Source: a virus
Lineage: Duplodnaviria; Caudoviricetes
IMG/VR virus record: IMGVR_UViG_3300037067_022526
Location: 73,763-137,762 of that record
Strand: one strand, 5' to 3'
DNA: 64,000 nucleotides
Positions 17,821 through 27,119 of the stretch are shown piece by piece. The stretch's first letter is position 1, and every line of letters starts with the position of its first letter. The notes below the pieces were generated by a model, which did no database searches, was not told the DNA's origin, and saw nothing but the letters and a program-made list of their open reading frames with translations. The translations under genes were made by a program, and so were the position numbers.

Positions 17821-19626
17821 ATGCATAACCGAACATTTTACGGCAAAAAGGTATGTATTATCATACCGTGTATGAACAGAATAGAAATCCTAATGCATAC
17901 CCTTCCAAGGTGGCTAGAACAAATTTACGGGTCATACCAACTTATTATAGTAGATTATAGCTCACACCAAGAAATATATGGAGATATCCGCAAAATATGT
18001 TCTAGATACCAATGTGAGATAGATTATAATAATCCCAAATCAGATAAAAAGGTAAATGTTATACGAATTAATAGAATGTCAAATTTTAATATGAGTCATG
18101 CTATTAATATCGGAATTAGAAATTCATCATCTGAAATAATAAGCATAGCCGGATGTGAGACATCTCCTGCTCCTTTCTACCTTGAGTCTGTCATGATGAC
18201 AGTAGACCATAATATATTTACAAGATGTCAGTTCGGACGTTTATCTTTTCCTCGAAATGCGATTGAAGAAATTAATGGGTATCCCGAATTATTCGAATAC
18301 TGGGGAGCAGAAGATGACATTGTGTCTAAATGCCTTGTCGTTAAAGGTATGTTTCTTCATGATTTAGACCCAATTTTGGCAGACAATATTTCACACCATG
18401 ATTTTTCGTCTATTATCGGGGATCAATATAATAAATTCTCCCGCAATTATAATAGAGGCAGAATAGAAACAAAAACGGGATCTATCATCAATTTACAGAG
18501 ATATTATTCATACCGACGACGCCATGGAATAATTAATAACTATGGAAAAGCATATGGGGCAGACAAACCCATACTTGCAGATCCGTCTGAACAGGATGAT
18601 ACACCAATTGAATCAACTGTTGTTCCATCTAGAAAATCATACATTGGGGCGCGGTTGGCTGTTGTTATTCCATGCATGAACAGGTTGGACAACTTATCTG
18701 TCACACTGCCCATGTGGTTTGAACAAGTCTATCATAACAAGCAGATTGTCATTATTGACTATAACTCTGATATTCCAATATATAAAACAATCGAATCTAT
18801 ATGTGATTTGCATAAAAAAAGATTGTCATATAACAAATTTGATTATGATGCTGATTGTGTTTTGTTTAGAATTAATGGTACTAAGTACTTCAATATTAGC
18901 CACGCATACAATTATTGCATATCTAAAATCTCATGTGACATTATATCTACAACATGTGCCGATTCGTGCCCAAGGGACTATTATCTAGATTGTTGCGCCA
19001 ACTTGATTGATGACCACCATTACACGCAATGTTACTGGGGATTACATACAATCACATATGAAAATTGGAAAAAGATTAATGGGCATCAAGAGATTATTGT
19101 TGGGTATGGAGTCGAAGATGAGGACTTTTCAACCAGAGCATCACTTATGGGTCTCTACCAAATAATATTGCCAGAACATTTGATTTTTAATATTCCCAAC
19201 AATCCTGATACGCAGGGTGAAAACTACGAATTGAAAAACATAAAGAATAGTGAAATAGTGAATCGAGCAAGATTGTATGAGTATATAGGAAAATTCGGAT
19301 ATACCGCCAATTATGGTTTGCCCATAGGAAATGATCATCCAATTGATTTTGTTCCATTTGATCCGATTTCAGAGAAAAACCTAATTAAATTATCCGTGTG
19401 TTCTACTGATTCACTAGACAAATCCAACCCTCCTGACGGTATTTCATATAGTGAAATATATGATGTTTTTTACACATTCACAAAAGATTGGTTTGATTGG
19501 ACATTGATTTGTGAAGTCAAAAAATCACAGATTTTTGTCCTGCCAAATAAGGACGAGAATATAGATAAATACCTGTTTATTTTATCTCAGAAAATAGCAA
19601 GAACTCAACAGGAGTTAATTCCTTGA
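17821..19626 (+). CDS. tandem two-domain GT-A glycosyltransferase (GT2/GT7-like)
   Basis: two IPCMNR motifs; YWGAEDD and GYGVEDEDF. Confidence 0.8.
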   Translation: MHNRTFYGKKVCIIIPCMNRIEILMHTLPRWLEQIYGSYQLIIVDYSSHQEIYGDIRKICSRYQCEIDYNNPKSDKKVNVIRINRMSNFNMSHAINIGIRNSSSEIISIAGCETSPAPFYLESVMMTVDHNIFTRCQFGRLSFPRNAIEEINGYPELFEYWGAEDDIVSKCLVVKGMFLHDLDPILADNISHHDFSSIIGDQYNKFSRNYNRGRIETKTGSIINLQRYYSYRRRHGIINNYGKAYGADKPILADPSEQDDTPIESTVVPSRKSYIGARLAVVIPCMNRLDNLSVTLPMWFEQVYHNKQIVIIDYNSDIPIYKTIESICDLHKKRLSYNKFDYDADCVLFRINGTKYFNISHAYNYCISKISCDIISTTCADSCPRDYYLDCCANLIDDHHYTQCYWGLHTITYENWKKINGHQEIIVGYGVEDEDFSTRASLMGLYQIILPEHLIFNIPNNPDTQGENYELKNIKNSEIVNRARLYEYIGKFGYTANYGLPIGNDHPIDFVPFDPISEKNLIKLSVCSTDSLDKSNPPDGISYSEIYDVFYTFTKDWFDWTLICEVKKSQIFVLPNKDENIDKYLFILSQKIARTQQELIP

Positions 19627-20351
19627 AAAAGTCTAACGTTTTAGTAGTGACGATGACTCATTCGAAACGACTGGAACATCTTCCTACAATTTTGCGGGAA
19701 CTTAAAGAACAAACTTATTGTTGCGATTATTGCGTCTGGAACAACAGTGAACACAATATATTCTTCGACAATATAAGGGTTTTTCGTGGATTCAACGATC
19801 TCAACCCGATGCAGCGATTTGTGCCTGCCGTTATATCAGACTATGAGTATATTTTTTATTGTGATGATGATATTCGAGTGGGAAAACAATTTGTTGAATT
19901 TGCAATTTCATATTTATCCAATAGAAACTCGACAATTTTAGTAGCGGGTGGCAGCTTGATACTCAGGCCAACCGATGATGGCGGGTTTCAAAGAGATGAA
20001 CATTGGGGAGTTTCAGAACTAAACAATAAAGAAATTCTAGTTGATATTGGTGCATCAGGATCGGTATTTTGCAAATCTAATTTGTTAAGGCCGGTTTTTA
20101 TGGTACATATTCCATATGAAATTATGAGCACTGATATTGCAATGTCTGTTGCACATCATTTATATAACCATGGCGATCTAATAATACCTCCCCATGATGG
20201 TGATTCGACTCGTATGATAGAAAATTTTCATCCGTGGCATTCAACCGGCAAGAACTCATCTCCTAATTTCACCAGTACTAAAAACGGTTTATTGCGGTAT
20301 ATTATTCAGACCACAAAATGGATTCCCCCATCATGGCAACGAAAGCAGTAA
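19623..20351 (+). CDS. GT-A glycosyltransferase
   Basis: YIFYCDDD (DxD). Confidence 0.65.
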   Translation: MKKSNVLVVTMTHSKRLEHLPTILRELKEQTYCCDYCVWNNSEHNIFFDNIRVFRGFNDLNPMQRFVPAVISDYEYIFYCDDDIRVGKQFVEFAISYLSNRNSTILVAGGSLILRPTDDGGFQRDEHWGVSELNNKEILVDIGASGSVFCKSNLLRPVFMVHIPYEIMSTDIAMSVAHHLYNHGDLIIPPHDGDSTRMIENFHPWHSTGKNSSPNFTSTKNGLLRYIIQTTKWIPPSWQRKQ

Positions 20352-21286
20352 TTCTTCATTATGGTAGCAATGATTTTTCCGATGTATATCAGAATGCGTC
20401 TAGAATTTTAGATGAAGAATACAACATTCGATCTGTCTGTGCGCTAGATAATAAATCATTGGTTTCTCAGGTTAAGAATTTTCAAAAGAAATATCAGAAA
20501 GTATTGCTGGTTAGCCATGATTTGCTACCGTTTGACACACTGAAAGAATGTTTATTCGAGAATGTATATTATTTTGGTGGCCAAACTCTTTCAAAGCGAC
20601 ATCAGATCCAAACGCTTCGATCGTATAAAATAAATGTTCCAGAAGATATAGCATTTCCATCTGATATTAAAGATGTTTTTAGTAAACTCGGTAATCATGT
20701 AATTGCCGGTCCAGACACTTACGCGGCGTCATCTAACCAACTAATCAATTTTTTAGTGTATGACCCAGTAAAAAATAAGATAAAATACAAAAGGGCAGGG
20801 GATGATGACAACTCTGTTATGTTCGGAAAGTTTCATGAAATGTATTCATATGAATTCACTAATTGGAATAGATATTATTACACTAAATATGTTGGATCAT
20901 CTGGTCCAATATATTGGCGGGCTAAAATTGAATCAATATTCGGCGAATATATTATGGGGTATGTCATGGAATCGCATGAGAATGCTCCGTCGGCACCTTT
21001 TATTAGGCTCAACGAATCAATTATTACAGAGCCAACAGAAACAATGATCTCTCTGGGAAAGAAAATATCTTCTATAATGGCAACCGAACATCAATGTGGA
21101 TTTATCAGTGTTGACATGGTATTGGATTGCCCGCCAACATTGGCCACCGAATCCAATATATTCGTTGTTGAGACTAATTTAATGTTGGTCGGACTTTACT
21201 ACAATCCGTTTAAAGTCAATCGCAGCAATGGAATTGCACTGGGATGCTACAACTTTTTAGAAAACCATATGAATTGCCCTGTATGA
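20333..21286 (+). CDS. ATP-grasp-like protein
   Basis: LSKRHQIQTL...INVP, FISVDMV, FVVETN. Confidence 0.45.
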   Translation: MATKAVILHYGSNDFSDVYQNASRILDEEYNIRSVCALDNKSLVSQVKNFQKKYQKVLLVSHDLLPFDTLKECLFENVYYFGGQTLSKRHQIQTLRSYKINVPEDIAFPSDIKDVFSKLGNHVIAGPDTYAASSNQLINFLVYDPVKNKIKYKRAGDDDNSVMFGKFHEMYSYEFTNWNRYYYTKYVGSSGPIYWRAKIESIFGEYIMGYVMESHENAPSAPFIRLNESIITEPTETMISLGKKISSIMATEHQCGFISVDMVLDCPPTLATESNIFVVETNLMLVGLYYNPFKVNRSNGIALGCYNFLENHMNCPV

Positions 21287-22302
21287 TTTATTATGCAAAT
21301 AGAGATCCAGTCCAATATTTACAAAATAAGCCCGATTTGATTGACCACTCTATAATTTCGGTTGCTGGTGGGATGGGATATATTCACTTTTTGAATGAAC
21401 ATACTCAAAACCTGTTAGTGGTAGACAGAGACCAGCAAAACCTTGATTATAATCAACATATATGTGAATTAATACAGAATTCTAGTTCTCTTCAGGAATT
21501 TTGTACAACTATACGAGCACAGCAGCAAAATAGTGGTATTAAAATATATTATGACTGCAACACAGACGTAACGCAACAACTAATGAGTTATCATTGGTAT
21601 TTTGGGACCAATCATCCGTATTCTGCTTTTTATGATGAGAATTCTTTTGTTAAAATGAAAAGAAAAATTACATTGGCCAGATTCATATTAGCAGATTTGT
21701 CAAAGATTAATTATTCTCACTGGCAAAGGAATGCAACATATGTATATGTTTCTAATGCAGATTGGAATATCTACAATAAATCTGATGGTATTTTACATCA
21801 AATTATTTCAAGCATGAAAATGAATTCTATTATATATTATCGATCTTGGTATCGGTCTCTTACTCTCAGGCCCGGAATGCACCACATAGATGCTGCCGCA
21901 AAGTTAATACCGTATACGACCAATAGATCTATTACAGAAATCAAAACACATAACGGATATACATTTAAGACTGGCGAGTTACACGAAAAATCCAAGCGCA
22001 TTTTGTGTTTCAACGAGCAGCCTACCCAGTCTGGAATATGTGATTGTTTATTATATCACATTTCATTGGATAAATCTGACGATTATGAATTGGTTATTAA
22101 GAGCTATTTCAATGATATATTGGGATCCTATAAAAGAATTATCATATTAGATCACAGCAGCAATGCCAGTGAAATTCAGTGGATAAAATATCTCAAAGAT
22201 ATTAATTTCCACTACTCATATCAATTATGTGGAATTGAATGGTCTGGCGGAAAGACGAGTCTAGATCGTAATTTTATTATGATATGGGATTTGCGGCGTT
22301 GA
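21283..22302 (+). CDS. hypothetical protein in glycosylation cluster (possible SAM-binding fold)
   Basis: ISVAGG ... LLVVD. Confidence 0.45.
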   Translation: MIYYANRDPVQYLQNKPDLIDHSIISVAGGMGYIHFLNEHTQNLLVVDRDQQNLDYNQHICELIQNSSSLQEFCTTIRAQQQNSGIKIYYDCNTDVTQQLMSYHWYFGTNHPYSAFYDENSFVKMKRKITLARFILADLSKINYSHWQRNATYVYVSNADWNIYNKSDGILHQIISSMKMNSIIYYRSWYRSLTLRPGMHHIDAAAKLIPYTTNRSITEIKTHNGYTFKTGELHEKSKRILCFNEQPTQSGICDCLLYHISLDKSDDYELVIKSYFNDILGSYKRIIILDHSSNASEIQWIKYLKDINFHYSYQLCGIEWSGGKTSLDRNFIMIWDLRR

Positions 22303-23266
22303 TATACTTATCCACATTGCCCAGTATACTATCAACTGTATCGTCCGTCCTGATTGTTGAAATTGCTGATTGTTTTACTATTTCATCAACGAATAAATTT
22401 TCCTCAACCATTGTTGGGACAACAGAGAAAAATGTATGAGCATCTCGTCGTCCGGCATAACAACACCGTTTTGTGAGCAATTCAATTTTGGGTAGAATTG
22501 GAAATGATCTGGCGACAAAAACTGAATTTTGTTTACCGGACAATTCAGCGATAGGGATATTTCCTCCGGGAGATAAAGTATAATTGGCGATAATTCCGTA
22601 CATATCGATATAATTGTCATATAACTGTAATGAGCCGATGCTGACATCTGCTACTGCGATGGATGCGCTGTCATTGTTGATATATTTAGCAAAAGCGTCG
22701 CTAATTTTTACCTCTTTATACCCGCTTCTCTGTATTCGAGTATTGAAATCATTGTTTTTATAACCAACGGGCACAACAAATTCTTGATATCCGTTAACTT
22801 TATACCACGCAGTCCTTTCAAAACTAGAACTATTTCTAAACCGAGCAAAAGTATTATCTGAAACTAGATGCATTATGATTTCAAGATAATGAGCGTCAGG
22901 TAATATATATGGGTCGGCCACCACCACAACATCGGATGTTGATCTGGTGACAGCATAATTTATTGCGTGCGGAATATTGAATGTTGCTGTATTTTCCAAT
23001 CTTAAAATAGTAATCTTGTCAAAAACATCGTAACCGTTTTTGCTCTTTTCCTCTGACGTATTTATTTTGATATTATACTTTTGGGCTACTGGCATAATGT
23101 TATTATATACAGGTTCATCGGAACTATAATCAACCAATACTATATCAAAGGTTTTGTAAGTCTGGGATATCCAGAATGGCACCGAAAATCTCAATACCTC
23201 TGAGCAGTTGAAGCAGGGTATAATTACTGAAGCTTTTTTTGAATAATAGTTCATTATATTTCCCAT
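22277..23266 (-). CDS. GT2 glycosyltransferase
   Basis: SVIIPCFN, LVDYSS, VNGYQE. Confidence 0.75.
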   Translation of the reverse strand: MGNIMNYYSKKASVIIPCFNCSEVLRFSVPFWISQTYKTFDIVLVDYSSDEPVYNNIMPVAQKYNIKINTSEEKSKNGYDVFDKITILRLENTATFNIPHAINYAVTRSTSDVVVVADPYILPDAHYLEIIMHLVSDNTFARFRNSSSFERTAWYKVNGYQEFVVPVGYKNNDFNTRIQRSGYKEVKISDAFAKYINNDSASIAVADVSIGSLQLYDNYIDMYGIIANYTLSPGGNIPIAELSGKQNSVFVARSFPILPKIELLTKRCCYAGRRDAHTFFSVVPTMVEENLFVDEIVKQSAISTIRTDDTVDSILGNVDKYINAANPIS

Positions 23267-23940
23267 TTTTTATCTAACGTAGAATATTTATATTTTCTAA
23301 GGAAATGATCGTAACCCTTTTTTTGATATATACTATGCGGATCATGTAATTTGTAGAATTCATACCTTTCCATTATACGGGATGAAGAACAAAGGCTGAA
23401 ATGGTAAATTTTTGATGATAGATGATAGGTATCATACCCGGTTTTTGTTGGAAATCTAGATGTATGTAATCTATCAATATCTGATAGATTATAATGCCCA
23501 TCTGTCATTCTGGAAATAATTGTAGTTTTGTGATTCACATAAATTCCTTGAGTAATATAATGATGTTCATCCGGATACAACGTTATCATATCAGCGGTAT
23601 AATAATCATTCTCTGGAATAGACCCCAATTCATCTATAAATGATTCATCTAAAATTTCATCAAGATCAAGATATAAAGAAAATTGTTTTCGGGTTGTTAG
23701 TGCCATAGAATGCAAAGATTCTCTATCACATACTTCACTAAAATTACACTTAGATGTTTTTTGTGCAATATAGGCACATTTGGGATGACCCTTTAATTTA
23801 TCATAGCAATGAGTGTCTGTTGATCTGTCATCTATAGCAACAAAACAATCACAATATTGCATATTATAATGCATAAACCTGTCAATCAGGTCGTTTGAAT
23901 TTCTAAATCTAAAAATAAGTACAATATCTGATATATTCAC
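23254..23940 (-). CDS. GT2-like glycosyltransferase
   Basis: IDDRSTD and LDLDE. Confidence 0.75.
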   Translation of the reverse strand: MNISDIVLIFRFRNSNDLIDRFMHYNMQYCDCFVAIDDRSTDTHCYDKLKGHPKCAYIAQKTSKCNFSEVCDRESLHSMALTTRKQFSLYLDLDEILDESFIDELGSIPENDYYTADMITLYPDEHHYITQGIYVNHKTTIISRMTDGHYNLSDIDRLHTSRFPTKTGYDTYHLSSKIYHFSLCSSSRIMERYEFYKLHDPHSIYQKKGYDHFLRKYKYSTLDKKWEI

Positions 23941-23942
23941 GG

Positions 23943-24533
23943 TTATTTATGCATGTAAATTGTGGCATCGTTGTTTAGATATTCTTGTTTTATGACTACA
24001 TTATTGGAAATCGATTTGCAATAACTCAATATTTCATCTGGATCTCTATATATATAATCATCTAGTTTGTGTTTTGCGTGAATGCTTATAAAATTAAATG
24101 CTACGCCTATTTTACATAACTTAAACATTTTGTCGATGGTCGCCCACATCCATTCTGTGTGATGTGCTGTTGGACTACTGAAAATTCCTGATGCTACTAC
24201 ATAGTCAAATTGCGAATCAATGGTTTCATCGAGAATATCCAACACAAAAACATTTGCATCGGGATATCTCTGTTTTGCTATTTGTATTCTTGCCGGATCG
24301 ATATCAACTCCGGTATAATTTGTATCCCTCTGTATGTGCTTGAACAAATCTGCGTATCCGCATCCTACATCTAAAACGGTTTTATGCGACCAGTCACCGA
24401 TCCCCTTAAGTATATCAAACCGAGTTTCTTGAGTGCAACAGCTATACCATCCGAGTATTTTGGGATGTTCGGAGAACATATCAGACAGTATCGCATTAAA
24501 ATTTATGATTTCAAGTTTATCTTCTTCAAACAT
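23943..24533 (-). CDS. class I SAM-dependent methyltransferase
   Basis: VLDVGCG, YTGVDI, FDYVVASGIF. Confidence 0.85.
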   Translation of the reverse strand: MFEEDKLEIINFNAILSDMFSEHPKILGWYSCCTQETRFDILKGIGDWSHKTVLDVGCGYADLFKHIQRDTNYTGVDIDPARIQIAKQRYPDANVFVLDILDETIDSQFDYVVASGIFSSPTAHHTEWMWATIDKMFKLCKIGVAFNFISIHAKHKLDDYIYRDPDEILSYCKSISNNVVIKQEYLNNDATIYMHK

Positions 24534-24573
24534 GATATATTATACACTTTTGAAAAATTTTAGAGGAATCTGC

Positions 24574-24601
24574 TTGACTTCCGGTGAATAGTGGGTATAA
24601 T
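24574..24601 (+). promoter_or_regulatory. sigma70-type promoter of the tRNA operon
   Basis: TTGACT-N16-TATAAT. Confidence 0.75.
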
Positions 24602-24647
24602 TAGGCAGTCGCGCCTTGATAGGCGTGTGGATTGTAAGGAGATTATC

Positions 24648-24716
24648 GTGAAACGAGAGCTAGACAGATTATATTGTTTGCTGGATTGGTACCTCCGAAA
24701 GGAGGTGGCTGCCTAA
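24648..24716 (+). CDS. putative attenuator leader peptide MKRELDRLYCLLDWYLRKEVAA
   Basis: RBS AAGGAG, GTG start; central codons match the downstream tRNAs. Confidence 0.75.
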   Translation: MKRELDRLYCLLDWYLRKEVAA

Positions 24717-24752
24717 GACTCGTTTCGCTTTTTCTATGAGTCCCCGGTAGCC
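24707..24752 (+). promoter_or_regulatory. antiterminator hairpin overlapping the leader stop codon
   Basis: GGCTGCC/GGTAGCC and GACTC/GAGTC pairings sequester the terminator 5' strand. Confidence 0.65.
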
Positions 24753-24778
24753 CAAGAGCTTCCGGGGACTTTTCTTTT
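24739..24778 (+). terminator. intrinsic terminator (attenuator) just before the first tRNA
   Basis: AGTCCCCGG...CCGGGGACT 9-bp stem then TTTCTTTT. Confidence 0.85.
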
Positions 24779-24779
24779 G

Positions 24780-24854
24780 GGCAGAGTAGACCAATTGGCA
24801 GGAGTCGCAAAGCTCAAACCTTTGAATGTGCGGGTCCGAGTCCCGCCTCTGCTA
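24780..24854 (+). tRNA. tRNA-Leu(CAA), short variable loop
   Basis: GGCAGAG/CTCTGCT acceptor; CAAAG-CTCAAAC-CTTTG; A73. Confidence 0.8.
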
Positions 24855-24861
24855 TTTTTTT

Positions 24862-24936
24862 GGCCGGGTAGACCAACGGCAGGAGTCGTCGAGCTTAGAA
24901 CTCGAACAGTGTTGGGTTCAAATCCCACCCCGGCTA
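24862..24936 (+). tRNA. tRNA-Leu(TAG), short variable loop
   Basis: GGCCGGG/CCCGGCT; TCGAG-CTTAGAA-CTCGA; TTCAAAT T-loop. Confidence 0.8.
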
Positions 24937-24939
24937 TTC

Positions 24940-25032
24940 GCAGGAGAGGCCACTGTTGGATATGAGTGGCGCGAGACTGTAAATCTCGTCCCTTTGTGGT
25001 AAACATCGGCGGTTCGATTCCGTCCTCCTGCA
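24940..25032 (+). tRNA. tRNA-Tyr(GTA)
   Basis: GCAGGAG/CTCCTGC; CGAGA-CTGTAAA-TCTCG; long variable arm. Confidence 0.85.
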
Positions 25033-25046
25033 TTTTCAAAATATTT

Positions 25047-25121
25047 GGGCTATTGGAGGAGTCTGGAGTCCTCATCTCCCTGTCACGGAGAAAATCATGG
25101 GTTCAAATCCCATATAGCCCG
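25047..25121 (+). tRNA. tRNA-Asp(GTC)
   Basis: GGGCTAT/ATAGCCC; TCTCC-CTGTCAC-GGAGA; G73. Confidence 0.9.
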
Positions 25122-25126
25122 TAAAT

Positions 25127-25200
25127 GGCGACGTAGACCAACGGCAGGAGTCATCAAGCTTAAGCCTTGAACAGTGTGAGTTCGAATCTCACCGTCGCTA
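25127..25200 (+). tRNA. tRNA-Leu(TAA), short variable loop
   Basis: GGCGACG/CGTCGCT; TCAAG-CTTAAGC-CTTGA; TTCGAAT. Confidence 0.85.
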
Positions 25201-25204
25201 TTTT

Positions 25205-25273
25205 AGGACAGCCAGCAGCCTGGACCTGAGACTCCAAATCTCAGAGGAAGGGGGCAGCACCCTTCTGGTCCTG
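25205..25273 (+). tRNA. non-canonical tRNA-Trp(CCA)
   Basis: AGGAC/GTCCT acceptor with G73; CTGAGA-CTCCAAA-TCTCAG; 4-nt D-loop; T-loop GGCAGCA. Confidence 0.6.
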
Positions 25274-25334
25274 TTGTCTCAATCAACACAAGGAGAACAA
25301 AGATGAGAGACTAGATGAAAATCACTGTGATAGG

Positions 25335-25688
25335 ATGTATTATTGTGACACAAAAACATGGGAAACGGTTGGACCCACGACCATCCAAAAAATTTGGTGG
25401 GGACTAGAGATATGCACTTTTGGATGGCATATAGACAATTGGTGGGAGCATTGGGGAATCAGTATTTGCTGGTCGTCTCATTGGGTAGGACAGTCAAAGT
25501 GGTGGGATTTTGTGGTTACATGGGGCAGGCAATACCGTGGCCGAGTTAAGTATTATTTCAAGAGATTTGAAAAATCGCAGTTTCCTAAGTGGCTTGGCAA
25601 TCAATGTCGGCTGCCCTTTGGACTACGTTCTTTTCATCTTTATCTTAATAAACAGAATGTCCCATTCTATCTTCGGTTGTCGTGGTAA
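25335..25688 (+). CDS. Trp-rich hypothetical protein inside the tRNA array
   Basis: 117 aa, 14 Trp. Confidence 0.55.
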   Translation: MYYCDTKTWETVGPTTIQKIWWGLEICTFGWHIDNWWEHWGISICWSSHWVGQSKWWDFVVTWGRQYRGRVKYYFKRFEKSQFPKWLGNQCRLPFGLRSFHLYLNKQNVPFYLRLSW

Positions 25689-25694
25689 ACAAAA

Positions 25695-25765
25695 GACTCA
25701 GTGGATGAGCGGATAGTCTCAAGTCTGCAAAACTTGCTACGCGGGTTCGAATCCCGCCTGAGTCT
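25695..25765 (+). tRNA. tRNA-Cys(GCA)
   Basis: GACTCAG/CTGAGTC; CAAGT-CTGCAAA-ACTTG; U73. Confidence 0.85.
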
Positions 25766-25819
25766 TATATATCACATTATTCCGCTTGACTTTTTTTGAA
25801 TCTGTGTTATCATATCTGC

Positions 25820-26425
25820 ATGAAACAATATCCGACCATTTCGAAAGTGATTCGCCGAGATATTGATATCTATGCGTTTGATAAGTTCGACGGGTCTAAT
25901 ATTCGAGCAGAATGGACAAGAAAGAATGGGTTTTTTAAGTTTGGTAGCAGAAACGTGTTAATCGATGATAAGCACAAAGATCTTGGCAAATCGATTTCTT
26001 TGATGCAGTCCAAATACGAAGACGATTTAAGTAATATATTCCGCAAAGAGCGATTTGACAAAGTTACCTGCTTTTTTGAATTCTTTGGACCGAATTCATT
26101 TGGCGGACAGCATAACCCAAACGATGACCATTCAATTATTTTGCTTGATATCAATCCGCACAAAAGGGGCATATTAGACCCCCGACAATTCTTGAAAATG
26201 GTTGGACATTTGGACGTTCCACGACTATTATATCAAGGTAAGGCAAATGCCGAATTCGAGAATTCAGTTCGGGATAGTTCTATAAATATTACTTTTGAAG
26301 GTGTTGTTTGTAAAGGCATGTATCGTAATACCTTAGTAATGTTCAAAATTAAAAGTAATGCATGGATCGAAAAGCTAAAACAATTTTGTGGCGGTGATCT
26401 AAAATTGTTTGAGGAATTGTATTGA
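25820..26425 (+). CDS. ATP-dependent RNA ligase-like nucleotidyltransferase
   Basis: motif I DKFDGSN, FFEFFG, FEGVVCK, MFKIK; ATG 6 nt after a -10 box. Confidence 0.7.
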   Translation: MKQYPTISKVIRRDIDIYAFDKFDGSNIRAEWTRKNGFFKFGSRNVLIDDKHKDLGKSISLMQSKYEDDLSNIFRKERFDKVTCFFEFFGPNSFGGQHNPNDDHSIILLDINPHKRGILDPRQFLKMVGHLDVPRLLYQGKANAEFENSVRDSSINITFEGVVCKGMYRNTLVMFKIKSNAWIEKLKQFCGGDLKLFEELY

Positions 26426-26769
26426 CGATTTTGATAAAATTTATTATTCAGATTATTGTCTCAGCGCCCGTTTTAGTATGCCATGTCGAAAATACGTGGG
26501 ATGGTGCAAACACCGTAAAAGAACAAATAAACGAAATCGCTCAAAATTATCACACAGTATGTTTCGTCTCAGACAGGGATTCTGTGCCTCTGACCCGTTG
26601 TGATGAAATTTATACCGCTCCAGCAGGTATGACAAGCTACAATATTAACTATCCGTTTGCTTTTATTTGTGGCGGATATCGCAAAGCTTGTTTTAAAAAT
26701 TTTGTAGAATCGTTGCAAGAGGATAATCCGTCGGTTTTTTTAATTCCGATCAATGGTTGCATCTATTAG
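26422..26769 (+). CDS. hypothetical protein
   Basis: TTGA overlap. Confidence 0.45.
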   Translation: MTILIKFIIQIIVSAPVLVCHVENTWDGANTVKEQINEIAQNYHTVCFVSDRDSVPLTRCDEIYTAPAGMTSYNINYPFAFICGGYRKACFKNFVESLQEDNPSVFLIPINGCIY

Positions 26770-26777
26770 GAGAAAAC

Positions 26778-27119
26778 ATGAGAGAATTAAGTCCCGATTT
26801 TGATGATGACGATTATGATGTGATACTCGAATGGGGTGAGGCCAAGGTTACTTGTGATTGGCTAAAGGATGATTTTCCGCTATGGACATTGTCGTGGAAG
26901 CCTGGTTTTATTAGCTTTTGGGGTATTGAACCCGAGGACGAGAAATCTGCCCGTAAAGCAGCAGCACTTTTTATTTATCTGTGGACCAGAGGAGTAGATG
27001 CTGGTTTAGCTGAGAAATGTGGCAATGCATATGCTTTGCATTATGAAGAAGGCAGCATCAGGAAACTTCAATATAAAGAAGACATCGAAAACCTACCGAT
27101 TAATGACAAAAAAGATTAA
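26778..27119 (+). CDS. hypothetical protein
   Basis: RBS aggag. Confidence 0.6.
   Translation: MRELSPDFDDDDYDVILEWGEAKVTCDWLKDDFPLWTLSWKPGFISFWGIEPEDEKSARKAAALFIYLWTRGVDAGLAEKCGNAYALHYEEGSIRKLQYKEDIENLPINDKKD

Noticed and set aside
24734-25075. ORF-track proteins 24734..25075 (-) and 24777..24965 (+)
   Set aside because: Shadow frames over tRNA genes
25205-25273. tRNA-Pyl or amber suppressor
   Set aside because: Shape is Pyl-like but the anticodon is CCA, not CTA, with Trp identity elements
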